In this document: in pieces, positions 54,187 through 63,585 of the stretch
How positions within the stretch are numbered: the stretch's first letter is position 1
Layout: the number at the start of each line of letters is the position of its first letter
Sequence record: OR896825.1
Length of the DNA: 64,000 nucleotides
Strand: one strand, 5' to 3'
Origin: Escherichia phage Delraymugoa
Program-made: the position numbers and the translations under genes
Notes under the pieces: generated by a model
What the model was told of the DNA's origin: nothing
Database searches by the model: none
Seen by the model: only the letters and a program-made list of their open reading frames with translations

Positions 54187-55578
54187 TCAAATATAGTCTA
54201 CTCGATACCTCGCACGGGTAACACCCACATATAATAACTGCATTGCCAATTCAAAGTCAACATTGTCTGTACACATGCAAGGAGTATACAGGAACACGCG
54301 GTCTACGCTGATCCCTTGTGACTTATGAATGGTGCAAGCTGGTAATGCTTTTACATTCAAGAACATACGCTTCATCGTCCAGAAGGAATCCCAATCTGGT
54401 TTAAATTTTGGATTCTCTTTCTTCATTTCGCGATATTGTCCGGCGACCGTATTCAGATAGATAGAGAAAATGTTCTTCTGACGTTGTTCTGTCAGAATGT
54501 TGATTTCTACTAAATCTGGTTTATCTGTAGTGATTCCGACTGCATCTAAACCGACTTTCTGATTTAGGATTTCTTTGTCTTCGTCATCATCGACGCTTTC
54601 CACTTTCAGAGTATATCCTAAAACTGGTTGCGGATCTACCCCCGTGCAACGTAATGTAAATTCACGCGGGATGACCTCTTTAACTCGGATCATCTCACCA
54701 TTGTTAAAAATAACATTGGGAATCTTCTTCCCGCGTTCATCTCGCAGATATTCGATCAATGGTTCCTGAGTAACCAGAATTTCATCTACAATCACTGGTT
54801 CATCGGTGTTATAAACGCGCTTACGTACAATTTCATTGAGTTTTTCGACGCTCTTGTTAGTGTAGGCCAGAATACGGTTTTCTAGAAGGTCTTCCGGCGT
54901 TTTAACGGTTTCGAAATAATGCTTCATAAACTCCGGCAGAGTTGAGCTATGGAATACACCCTCGTTACCGCACTGCTTTTCGAATACCCATTTACCATTA
55001 CGGACAGCGGTCGCCACATCAATTATTGGAGCATTAGATCGTTTAATCTCTGTAAGTTCTACATTCTGAAACCTTTCATCGGTGAAGAAAGGAGAGATCG
55101 ACGTTGCACCGCTCGGATCAACTGGTCGTAACTGGTTCAGATCACCCACGGCAATAATAACAATTCGACCGTTGATACTCTTCATGAGAATATCAAATAG
55201 TTTCTTATCGACCATACTCGCTTCATCAACAATGATGATCTGAACATCATCTAGCTTAGGAGTATCTTTTTGCTCAAATACTTGAGTATCTTCATAGTTG
55301 GTCGGGTTTAGTCGCAGTAGTGCATGTAAAGTAAATGCTTGACGACCTACCGCTTTACTCAAAACTTTTTTAGCCTGGTGGGTAGGCGTTGCCAAAACCA
55401 CACCAGTTACCCCACGACGGACCATTTCCTGAACAATGAATTTCATCATTGCGGTTTTACCAGTACCCGCCGCACCACGGACAGTTGTATGCTTCTTTTG
55501 TTCAATACGTTTCATTAGAACATCAAAAGCATGTTTTTGCCCGTCTGTTAACATATCGAAAGTTAATACTCTGCTCAT
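54187..55578 (-). CDS. dda: Dda-like SF1 DNA helicase
   Basis: Walker A RGAAGTGKT, Walker B IIVDEASM, 463 aa. Confidence 0.85.
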   Translation of the reverse strand: MSRVLTFDMLTDGQKHAFDVLMKRIEQKKHTTVRGAAGTGKTAMMKFIVQEMVRRGVTGVVLATPTHQAKKVLSKAVGRQAFTLHALLRLNPTNYEDTQVFEQKDTPKLDDVQIIIVDEASMVDKKLFDILMKSINGRIVIIAVGDLNQLRPVDPSGATSISPFFTDERFQNVELTEIKRSNAPIIDVATAVRNGKWVFEKQCGNEGVFHSSTLPEFMKHYFETVKTPEDLLENRILAYTNKSVEKLNEIVRKRVYNTDEPVIVDEILVTQEPLIEYLRDERGKKIPNVIFNNGEMIRVKEVIPREFTLRCTGVDPQPVLGYTLKVESVDDDEDKEILNQKVGLDAVGITTDKPDLVEINILTEQRQKNIFSIYLNTVAGQYREMKKENPKFKPDWDSFWTMKRMFLNVKALPACTIHKSQGISVDRVFLYTPCMCTDNVDFELAMQLLYVGVTRARYRVDYI

Positions 55579-55892
55579 TATCCTAAAATCCTCACCTTGC
55601 GAACACAGATAGTATTGAGTTCTCGCCGTACCCGTTCTTTTTCATATTCAGGAATTTTATATTCGATACCATCCCGAACAATTTCAGAAGACCGGATTAT
55701 GCCAAATTTTCGTTTAGGTACAACCTTGTATTTCGGTTCACCCGCCAATAGACTCTCACAATAATCTATCTGATCACACATTGACGCTAACGCAGCATCA
55801 TGTGTTTCGCAAGTTAGGACGCGACCCTTCGCGTCCACTGAGTATTGAAAGAATCCGTCTTTATCACGATAACATACAGCAAATACATGCAT
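55578..55892 (-). CDS. hypothetical protein (104 aa)
   Basis: ORF. Confidence 0.4.
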   Translation of the reverse strand: MHVFAVCYRDKDGFFQYSVDAKGRVLTCETHDAALASMCDQIDYCESLLAGEPKYKVVPKRKFGIIRSSEIVRDGIEYKIPEYEKERVRRELNTICVRKVRILG

Positions 55893-56647
55893 TATAAACC
55901 TACCTTCGCTTTCATCAATTCAATCCACGACGCATCAATCGGAAGCCCGTATTTCACGCGTTCTTTTTGTGCTGGCGTTAAGTTCTCGTACTTAGAAAGA
56001 GATTCAATCAAAACGCTGGTATATTTTAGCACGATTTCGGTATTGTTTGCAATAGCCTTAAGTTTTTCTTCTTTCTTGTTGATTTCGCTAAGTGCTTGCT
56101 TGAGATCTGCAATTTTCTGATAACGTTCTTCCATACGGAAGAGAGTATTTTTAATCGCTCGCTCGGCTGCCTCTGCTTTCTCCGGTTCGTTGTGCTTTTT
56201 ATGGCGCTCGATTGCTAATTTCTTTTCTTCGATTGCCATTTCCTGATTTTTGATGCGATTCTCGTTAAGTTCGATCCACTCGATGTACTTCGCACGTAGG
56301 GCAATTTCATCATCAGAAAGTTTACCGTTAGTTCCTAGTTCCTGGATCTCTTTAAGAGATTCGATAGTGTGATTGCCACGGAAAGAATTGTATTTCAGTT
56401 TAACCGGAATTACATTGCCATCAACATATCCCAGATTGCAATCAATGCGCTCTAAGGAGAGTCCGTCATCACCTTCACCGAAAGCCTCACCTGAATAGGC
56501 ACAATGAGTCTGACGGTAAATGTTACGAACAGTGACTAAGCTCATAGAGAAGTCTTTGTTGCGACGTGAAGCACCAGCCATGATAGAGTTCAGCCGGAAA
56601 ACAACCAGCGCCAATTCTTCGTTAGATTTAAAAGCAAACAGTTTCAT
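55892..56647 (-). CDS. hypothetical protein with C-terminal coiled coil (251 aa)
   Basis: ORF; heptad-rich C-terminal half. Confidence 0.45.
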   Translation of the reverse strand: MKLFAFKSNEELALVVFRLNSIMAGASRRNKDFSMSLVTVRNIYRQTHCAYSGEAFGEGDDGLSLERIDCNLGYVDGNVIPVKLKYNSFRGNHTIESLKEIQELGTNGKLSDDEIALRAKYIEWIELNENRIKNQEMAIEEKKLAIERHKKHNEPEKAEAAERAIKNTLFRMEERYQKIADLKQALSEINKKEEKLKAIANNTEIVLKYTSVLIESLSKYENLTPAQKERVKYGLPIDASWIELMKAKVGL

Positions 56648-56708
56648 AATTGATTCTCCTTAGTTGGTATGTGTGTATTATTGTCTATCTGGTTTGTGCT
56701 GTCAACAC

Positions 56709-57212
56709 TTAAATTAAAGAAAATTTGTAAATCTCTATCAGATCGCCATTACACGCGTAAACTTCCTCGATCTCATCAAGGATCATGGTCGTCCCTGTCT
56801 TGTATATGCACTCGCGCTCATCTGCCAACATAGCATACAAAGACAGTCGAGTAGTCGGATTGTCATACTCTTTAGACACCACTCGGTCAATAGCATGTTC
56901 GTAATAATTCATGCAAGGCTTGGTAGGTTTTATTGCAATAATCTTTCCTGTTGCATAAACATCGGTCGCAAAGTCCTCTGCTGTTGATTGCAGTGGCGTA
57001 AAGCTCATAGGACGCTCTACAACGAAAGAATCGCCTACAATTAAGGTATCCAGCTTACGACCTTCTCTTTTGCTCACACCGCGATACAAGGCTTCATGAT
57101 GCACTAACCGCTCAGTCTTTTCGATCAATCCATTAAGGATCGACATATCGATATTTTCTTTAGAGTTCATCACTTCATCAATGATGTTAAGTTCTTCTGG
57201 TGTAAATTGCAT
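56709..57212 (-). CDS. possible ADP-ribosyltransferase-like protein (ModA/ModB position)
   Basis: candidate R-S-E elements (LYRG, QSTAED, ERE); placement between dda and 56 as T4 modA/modB. Confidence 0.3.
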   Translation of the reverse strand: MQFTPEELNIIDEVMNSKENIDMSILNGLIEKTERLVHHEALYRGVSKREGRKLDTLIVGDSFVVERPMSFTPLQSTAEDFATDVYATGKIIAIKPTKPCMNYYEHAIDRVVSKEYDNPTTRLSLYAMLADERECIYKTGTTMILDEIEEVYACNGDLIEIYKFSLI

Positions 57213-57245
57213 AATAAAAAAGCCTCCAATCTTTCGACGGGAGGC
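57211..57245 (-). terminator. rho-independent terminator after gene 56; hairpin overlaps RBS of downstream gene
   Basis: stem GCCTCC/GGAGGC, UUUUUUAUUAU on minus. Confidence 0.5.
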
Positions 57246-57274
57246 ATAATAAAACCATTATAGAGTAGTGTCAA
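57246..57274 (-). promoter_or_regulatory. early promoter TTGACA-N17-TATTAT
   Basis: revcomp 57269-57274 TTGACA. Confidence 0.45.
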
Positions 57275-57282
57275 CTAATTTT

Positions 57283-57807
57283 TTAGTAGCCGCGTTCTTG
57301 ACGGGCGAAGTTTTCAGCATTTTTCAGATAGTACAGAATAAAGAGTTCTTGAGCGTCAATACCCAGCGGGATCATCTTTGACAGAATGAAGTGGATCGCG
57401 TCCACAAATTCAAATTTCACTTCAAGCTGATCTTCCGGTGACAGTTCAGAGAATTTACGCGCTCGCGCTTCTCCGTGGTTCTTTTTCCACATTTTCCAGA
57501 TTGCACTTGCATCTTTACCATTGGACATTCCACCCAGCGATGTGTAAAGCTCTCGTGTTTCGTCTGCGATAGCGTCATCCATCCGTTGCATCCAATCCAG
57601 CATTTCACCGCAAGTCTCTAGCTTAGTTGGATTTGGGACCCAATCAAATTTTTCGGATAATGCAACCTGCAAACCAGTTTGCATTTCGAGCATCACCTGA
57701 AACGGATCTTTACCTTCTGCAATAGCGTGATGATATGCGGCGATAGCCGCGTTAATATCTTTTTCGTTAACCAGACCAGCACAAGAATTAAATTCTGACA
57801 TATTCAC
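57283..57807 (-). CDS. 56: dCTP pyrophosphatase (MazG-like, gp56)
   Basis: 174 aa, MazG-like helical pattern, position adjacent to gene 61. Confidence 0.55.
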   Translation of the reverse strand: MNMSEFNSCAGLVNEKDINAAIAAYHHAIAEGKDPFQVMLEMQTGLQVALSEKFDWVPNPTKLETCGEMLDWMQRMDDAIADETRELYTSLGGMSNGKDASAIWKMWKKNHGEARARKFSELSPEDQLEVKFEFVDAIHFILSKMIPLGIDAQELFILYYLKNAENFARQERGY

Positions 57808-57815
57808 CTCATTAA

Positions 57816-58844
57816 TTAAAATTTACAATATTTCATAAACCGCATTTTAGCCATCAGACCTTGTACGGTGTTCTCTTTGATGTATTCCATGATCTGGTCG
57901 CGTGTAGCGCCCTCGTCCTGAATCATGGCGTTAACGTCTTTAGAATGCCACGGGCAACGATCCCACAATACAATCTTTTCCCCTGCATTGATAAACTTTT
58001 CCAGTCGGTGCATTGTATCGGCAGACCGTGGTTCCGCATCAAGTACAAACACTCGCTGGTCTGGGAAAGGGATTTCATCTAATCCCAAAGTACCGCCAGT
58101 AATTGCACACCCGTTATCAATAAACAATGAATCGATCGGACCTTCTAAGAAATACACTGGTTTACTCGGATCGGCGCGTTCAAGACCATAGACCTTACTC
58201 GCTAACTCGTGAGTTTTAATCGTCATATATTTGGTCTTTCCGTAATCCTTTCTCAATGCTCGCCCCTGAATGGATTCTATCTTGTTCTCGCGGTTAAAGA
58301 TAGGAATCACTAAACGCGGTTCAGGTTGTGGATTCTTGAAAGTATCAGCCTTAATGTGATTTGCTACCTTTTGCCATTCTCTCGTGAAATACAGAAGATC
58401 CCATTTATCGTGAGGAATACAGCGATCACTGACATACTTTATTATAGGATGATTAGCCGGAAGAGTATCTAATCTCTCGCAGAAAGGCAATGTTTGCACT
58501 TTCTTAATCTCCGGCTTTTCTACCTTTTTCAGTGGCTTGAACGTGGTGTTCTTGTGGTCGCCTTGTTCCTTCCGTCGTTCCATAAGCCATTCCCTGAATA
58601 GGTCCGGCTTATACTGTTTGAGAAATTCACCTAACGGCTGATTGTAGTTACAGTTGAAACAGCCGCAACGCAAACTATCCTTATAGGTATAGATACGGAA
58701 TCGCGCTTGAGTATGATTTTTCTTTGAGTCACCGCAGATCGGACAACTACAGACCAGCGTAAATGAGCTAGTATGCAACCGTTTAAAATTTCGTTCGCCG
58801 TATATGGCTTTTTCCGCTATTTCATAATCTGCGTAGTAAATCAT
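57816..58844 (-). CDS. 61: DNA primase (gp61)
   Basis: N-terminal zinc ribbon CPICGDSKK...CFNCNY, TOPRIM region, 342 aa as T4 gp61. Confidence 0.8.
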   Translation of the reverse strand: MIYYADYEIAEKAIYGERNFKRLHTSSFTLVCSCPICGDSKKNHTQARFRIYTYKDSLRCGCFNCNYNQPLGEFLKQYKPDLFREWLMERRKEQGDHKNTTFKPLKKVEKPEIKKVQTLPFCERLDTLPANHPIIKYVSDRCIPHDKWDLLYFTREWQKVANHIKADTFKNPQPEPRLVIPIFNRENKIESIQGRALRKDYGKTKYMTIKTHELASKVYGLERADPSKPVYFLEGPIDSLFIDNGCAITGGTLGLDEIPFPDQRVFVLDAEPRSADTMHRLEKFINAGEKIVLWDRCPWHSKDVNAMIQDEGATRDQIMEYIKENTVQGLMAKMRFMKYCKF

Positions 58845-58853
58845 ATTAACCTC

Positions 58854-59057
58854 TTATAGCTCAAATTTCATGAAAGTTCCCACACTTTCATTTTCATTCT
58901 CTCCGTTCTCATCTAAGCCAAATTTGTAGACACTACCATCTGGCGATGTGTAAGAGAATACACGAAAACGGCCTACCGAATCAAGTTCTGTAAATTCATA
59001 TTCTTTTCCGGCTTCAAAAAGTGCATATGTGCTTTTAAGACATTTCATCGTAATCAT
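58854..59057 (-). CDS. hypothetical protein (67 aa)
   Basis: ORF. Confidence 0.4.
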   Translation of the reverse strand: MITMKCLKSTYALFEAGKEYEFTELDSVGRFRVFSYTSPDGSVYKFGLDENGENENESVGTFMKFEL

Positions 59058-59245
59058 TTAAGCGCCACCGACAACAGAATGAGAACTACACCAACATACA
59101 TTGTGATCTCGGATAACTTTTCTGTTTTTGTTTTGTGTCCAGATAATCCGAAAACAACAACACCGACAATAGCGGACAGCAAGCCAACGATAAACATGAT
59201 GATACTAAGCACCGTCTTTCTCCTTTTTGCGTTTTTCTTTACCAA
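59054..59245 (-). CDS. small membrane protein (63 aa)
   Basis: TM helix VLSIIMFIVGLLSAIVGVVVFGL. Confidence 0.45.
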   Translation of the reverse strand: MVKKNAKRRKTVLSIIMFIVGLLSAIVGVVVFGLSGHKTKTEKLSEITMYVGVVLILLSVALK

Positions 59246-59377
59246 CTACACTAGGTCCACGATTGGTAATAGATCCGCTCGTTTCCCCTGCTGCGATCTT
59301 CTCAGGATTGCCGCCAGCATCGCCAGCGGTCATATCTTCTTTGAGTTTATTTTCTTCAACAAACTGTTTAAATCCAA

Positions 59378-59755
59378 TCATAGAATAATCTCTTTCAGTA
59401 AGTCAACAATCTGGTCTTTCGTCAGTTTATCCTGATTCTCTACAATCTTGATAACACAAGCATTAACATCTTTTCGAGTCACGCGGGAGATCGTTTTAAT
59501 ACGATGAAACGGTTCGTAGAAATATACTGCTTCATTATAGAGCGCAGCAATTTTTCGACGCATTTGATCTTTATCTGACAAGAAAACAAGTGCTGTTTTA
59601 TGACCTTCTACACCCGCCACGTTATATAGTTCAGCAACACCCCAGCGACCTTCCGGTTCAATCATTCCGGCGTGTTTACCGTCGATAAAAATAAGAATAT
59701 CTCCGTTGAATGCGGTTTTGAATGCTACATCTTCCGGCGTAATCATATTTTTCAT
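59378..59755 (-). CDS. hypothetical protein (125 aa)
   Basis: ORF. Confidence 0.45.
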   Translation of the reverse strand: MKNMITPEDVAFKTAFNGDILIFIDGKHAGMIEPEGRWGVAELYNVAGVEGHKTALVFLSDKDQMRRKIAALYNEAVYFYEPFHRIKTISRVTRKDVNACVIKIVENQDKLTKDQIVDLLKEIIL

Positions 59756-59785
59756 AATATAGTCTCCTTAGAGTTTCATTATAGA

Positions 59786-60421
59786 TCAATCGAATGTAGA
59801 AAGCAAATGTTTTGTTTCTTTCAGTTGTCGTTCAAGATTTTTGCGTTTCTCTTTAAGTTGCATTTTAGCATTATTTCGCTCTCTTGTAACCTCTTTATCA
59901 ATACTCTTATTCCAGTTATCAATATCAGAATAAGTTGGCATACCCAATTCTAGACCTAATGCGGTTGGATACAAGGTAACAGTCCATAAACCGCTAATCT
60001 TCTTAAATAGGTCGGGGTGTAGTGTACTACCTACATCTTCCGGTGTCAACTCTTTTTCTTCTTTCAGTGGTGGGATCTCGTCATATGGTTCCAGTGCATT
60101 TACTTTAATATCAGATACCTCATCAAAGAATCCGCGTACATCCGCAGGAAATACACAAGCAATTTCCCAACCGTGATCACGCAGAGAAGTAATATTTTTC
60201 ACTCCCCCACCATGTGTGATGATTGATGTGACATTGCCATCAAGGTCCACCGAATTTACGAGAAATGGCTTATCGTCTGTCAGATCATTATAAAACTGTG
60301 CTTCGGCTGTAGTCATCTCCAGAAACAGATCTCGGATCGGACGACCATCAGGTGCGTTACCTTCCTTGAGAGTATAAAAGCGACTTACGATCCATTTTGG
60401 CGGTAAAGCATTAGCGATCAT
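59786..60421 (-). CDS. hypothetical protein (211 aa)
   Basis: ORF. Confidence 0.45.
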   Translation of the reverse strand: MIANALPPKWIVSRFYTLKEGNAPDGRPIRDLFLEMTTAEAQFYNDLTDDKPFLVNSVDLDGNVTSIITHGGGVKNITSLRDHGWEIACVFPADVRGFFDEVSDIKVNALEPYDEIPPLKEEKELTPEDVGSTLHPDLFKKISGLWTVTLYPTALGLELGMPTYSDIDNWNKSIDKEVTRERNNAKMQLKEKRKNLERQLKETKHLLSTFD

Positions 60422-60449
60422 GTTATATCTCCTATCAAATCATTCACCA

Positions 60450-60465
60450 GCGCCCCGTAGGGCGC
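60450..60465. other. GC hairpin GCGCCC-cgta-GGGCGC between gene 41 and downstream gene
   Basis: perfect stem; T-run follows on plus strand only. Confidence 0.35.
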
Positions 60466-60471
60466 ATTTTA

Positions 60472-61884
60472 TTAGAAAGTCATGTTATTTGCTAGCTCGT
60501 CGAGTTTTTCTCGTTTCTCGGCTTGCTGTGCGCTTTGTGGTTTAACTTGTGCATTCTCCTGATCTGCGATCTGGTTTGGGACTTCATACCAACGCTGATT
60601 GCCTTTTTTCACACCAACGTTAAACCGTGAATAATAGTTCTTATCACCGTAACGAGACTTGATCTGCTTCATGAGTTGGACGCCCATTTTAGCCAGGTCT
60701 TCGGTTTCGATAACACCCAACATAAAGTCGGCAGTAGCCGGAAGACCTGCTGATTCAGCGGTATCACTCATGTTAAGGTCGGAAGCATCCCAACCAGCAC
60801 GGGTAGTTTGTGCCGCAGTCCAACCAACAACATCCCACTTAACAAAAAATCCGCGAAGTTCTTCCGCAATCGCTTTAACGAGAGTGTAGCTATTCTCAGA
60901 GTATACACGCAAGCGAGACGATGCGCAAATCCCCAGATAGTCAACAATCACAACATCAGGTTTAAACTGTTTCTTGAGTCGCAATTCATTCATTAACGCC
61001 TCAAAGTGATTGGAGTTCGCGCCACCAGTCGGATACTGCTTGATCATCAATTTTCCAACCGGACGATCTCCGATCTTCTTATTCTTAACACGCTTCATAC
61101 GTGCGGAATATTCCGCAAAAGAAACATTACCATTATCCAATTCATCTAATGTAATGTCAAGCAAGTTTGCGTCGATACGTTTGGCTACGACATGCTCTGC
61201 CATCTCCATTGAGATATACAATACATCATAACCACATTCCATATAATCCGCAGCAAGAGAACATAATCCAAGCGATTTACCAACATTTACACCAGCAAGC
61301 AACACATTTAGCGTTTTTCTTTCCGCGCCTCCTTTCGTGATTTTATTCAACATCGGCAGCTTAAACGGGATCTTATTCGCCTTAGTCTGATATAGCAAGA
61401 ATCGTTTTTCAAAGTCATTAAACCAGTCATGACCTACATCAGAATCAAACGTAATGGATAGTGCTTCCTGCATAATCTCAGGAATAGCGCCCTCACTCGG
61501 CAATTTCTTATTCTGTTTCTCTTTTGGTAGTTGTGCGTTCGCCTGAATCTCTAGCGCCCGTGACATTGCATTATACATGGCACGGTCACGAATAAATTTT
61601 TCTGTTTCCTTCATTAACCAATCAAGGTCTTCCGGTGTATTCTCCAGCGAATCGAGAAGAGTTTTAGCCCCTTCATATGTTGTCTGATTGCCTCTCTCCT
61701 TGTCTAAAGCAATCTGTAATGCAGTTGGCGTAGGAATGTTGGAATATTCGTCTACGTGCTTTTTAATCAGTTTATAAATCAGTTTTTCTTCGTCTTCGGT
61801 GAAGTAGTCCGCTTTAAGGTGAGGCCATACATTCGTAAAGAATGCGCCATTGTAAATCAACTGTGAAAAGATAGTTTTAATCAT
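60472..61884 (-). CDS. 41: replicative DNA helicase (gp41, DnaB-like)
   Basis: Walker A GVNVGKS, 470 aa. Confidence 0.9.
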   Translation of the reverse strand: MIKTIFSQLIYNGAFFTNVWPHLKADYFTEDEEKLIYKLIKKHVDEYSNIPTPTALQIALDKERGNQTTYEGAKTLLDSLENTPEDLDWLMKETEKFIRDRAMYNAMSRALEIQANAQLPKEKQNKKLPSEGAIPEIMQEALSITFDSDVGHDWFNDFEKRFLLYQTKANKIPFKLPMLNKITKGGAERKTLNVLLAGVNVGKSLGLCSLAADYMECGYDVLYISMEMAEHVVAKRIDANLLDITLDELDNGNVSFAEYSARMKRVKNKKIGDRPVGKLMIKQYPTGGANSNHFEALMNELRLKKQFKPDVVIVDYLGICASSRLRVYSENSYTLVKAIAEELRGFFVKWDVVGWTAAQTTRAGWDASDLNMSDTAESAGLPATADFMLGVIETEDLAKMGVQLMKQIKSRYGDKNYYSRFNVGVKKGNQRWYEVPNQIADQENAQVKPQSAQQAEKREKLDELANNMTF

Positions 61885-62198
61885 ACATAGCCCCCAACTA
61901 CACGCATAACAAAGGTCTTGAGTTTATACCAGAAAGTTTCTTTTTTCAACTTTTCTTCTGCTTCTTTGATCTGCGCGGTTAACGCCTTAATGACGTGTGG
62001 ATATACCACATCACGATCTGACGGCGTGGAGTAGTCGACCACAATACCTTTAGTGTCTGGATCGTATTCAACATTATGAATATAGACAATATGATGTTCT
62101 CCCTCTTCATCAACAATTATCAGTTCCTGAATAACTGTCTTCATTGCTTCTTGAATCAAGCCGTGTGCTTCTTCTAAACTTGTTGGTTTCTTATCCAT
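61881..62198 (-). CDS. small protein with C-terminal hydrophobic tail (gp40 position)
   Basis: 105 aa, between 41 and uvsX as T4 gene 40. Confidence 0.35.
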   Translation of the reverse strand: MDKKPTSLEEAHGLIQEAMKTVIQELIIVDEEGEHHIVYIHNVEYDPDTKGIVVDYSTPSDRDVVYPHVIKALTAQIKEAEEKLKKETFWYKLKTFVMRVVGGYV

Positions 62199-62215
62199 AA
62201 TATAATCCTCTCTAG

Positions 62216-62240
62216 ATATGAAAAAGGGGCACGTAGCCCC
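62216..62240 (-). terminator. rho-independent terminator after uvsX
   Basis: hairpin GGGGC-acgta-GCCCC then UUUUUCAUAU on minus. Confidence 0.55.
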
Positions 62241-62253
62241 TTTACTACCATTG

Positions 62254-63324
62254 TTATGCTAACATATCTTCGATTTCTTTGTCAACTGCTTCGTCGCTGA
62301 TCACTTGCCCCAGCTTATAATGATCGTTGATTGCTTCGTTAAACTTATCGTTTGTCAGAAGTGGTTTCCAGAACTCAATGCTATTGGTTTCTTTAGCACG
62401 GAACTTGCGTTCTTCGGTTTCCATCTCTCCGGTCTCGGTATTTAGGATTGAACGAGAATACCAGCCGTTTGACGGTTTCACTACCCAGCCTAACTCTACA
62501 GCCAATTCCAGCAACCCGGAATAAGGATCGATACCACCGCTAAATGTTACGCTAATCGGGAACTTAGATTTTTCTTTAACGGTTCGTGATTTTTCCGCAT
62601 TCAGGATAAAATCATAACCAGTAATTTCGGTTCCTTCTTTCTGCTGACGACGACCAATAATGAAAACTTCATTGGCTGAATACATCGCGCCCGTACCGCC
62701 GGACATAACGGTCTTACTAAACATTTCTTGCGTTTCGTAAGTGTGGTTAATAGCGATGCACGGGATATCATTCATAGTCAGATACGGCGTAACCATACGG
62801 AACAAGCCTTTAAGTGCTTTAGCTCGCGTCATATCCTGCGCTGATTTCTCATTAATCGCGTCTTCAACTTCTTTTTTGCTTGCTAAGTTACCGATTGAGT
62901 CAATAAAGATGATCACTTTATCTTCACGGGTAATTTGCTCAAGCTGGTTCATGATTTCAAATTTCAGTTCTTCGATGTTCTTGATTGGAACATGCACCAC
63001 GCGATCAGGATCTACACCCATAGATTCAAGATAAGCGGACGTAATACCAAACTCAGAATCAAAGAACAAGCACGCCGCATCAGGATTCTGTTTCATGTAT
63101 GCACTAACGCAAGTTAATCCCATGTTTGATTTAAAGTGCTTAGACGGACCAGCAAAGAAAATCAGACCAGATTGAAAGCCTTTTTTAAGATCACCTGAAA
63201 ACGCAATATTCAGCATCGGGATCTTAGTGCGAGTATTTGTTTTTTCGTTAAAGAAGCTGGATTTAGACAGTACCGCAGTAGTTTTCAGGGTAGAGTTCTT
63301 TTTCAGTTTTTCCAGTACAGACAT
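62254..63324 (-). CDS. uvsX: RecA-like recombinase UvsX
   Basis: Walker A GPSKHFKS, RecA fold, 356 aa. Confidence 0.85.
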   Translation of the reverse strand: MSVLEKLKKNSTLKTTAVLSKSSFFNEKTNTRTKIPMLNIAFSGDLKKGFQSGLIFFAGPSKHFKSNMGLTCVSAYMKQNPDAACLFFDSEFGITSAYLESMGVDPDRVVHVPIKNIEELKFEIMNQLEQITREDKVIIFIDSIGNLASKKEVEDAINEKSAQDMTRAKALKGLFRMVTPYLTMNDIPCIAINHTYETQEMFSKTVMSGGTGAMYSANEVFIIGRRQQKEGTEITGYDFILNAEKSRTVKEKSKFPISVTFSGGIDPYSGLLELAVELGWVVKPSNGWYSRSILNTETGEMETEERKFRAKETNSIEFWKPLLTNDKFNEAINDHYKLGQVISDEAVDKEIEDMLA

Positions 63325-63335
63325 TATTAATACCT

Positions 63336-63563
63336 CTATTCAGTTAATCCGTAATACTTTAATTGCTTCATTGTTATTCGATCTTTGTAGTGCTCTTGAA
63401 TTAACTTTTTCATCGCATCAACATCGATCGTCACAAATACTTCGTTGCTGTGATTTCCGTGAACTTTCTTGAAATGCTCTATGCCTTCCTCACGTTCACG
63501 TTTAATCTTTTCAATGTCTCTCATCGTATATTTCTCACGTTGGCGGGTATCGTCACCCAACAC
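63336..63563 (-). CDS. hypothetical protein (75 aa)
   Basis: ORF. Confidence 0.4.
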   Translation of the reverse strand: MLGDDTRQREKYTMRDIEKIKREREEGIEHFKKVHGNHSNEVFVTIDVDAMKKLIQEHYKDRITMKQLKYYGLTE

Positions 63564-63585
63564 CCGCCATTATACACACTTTATC

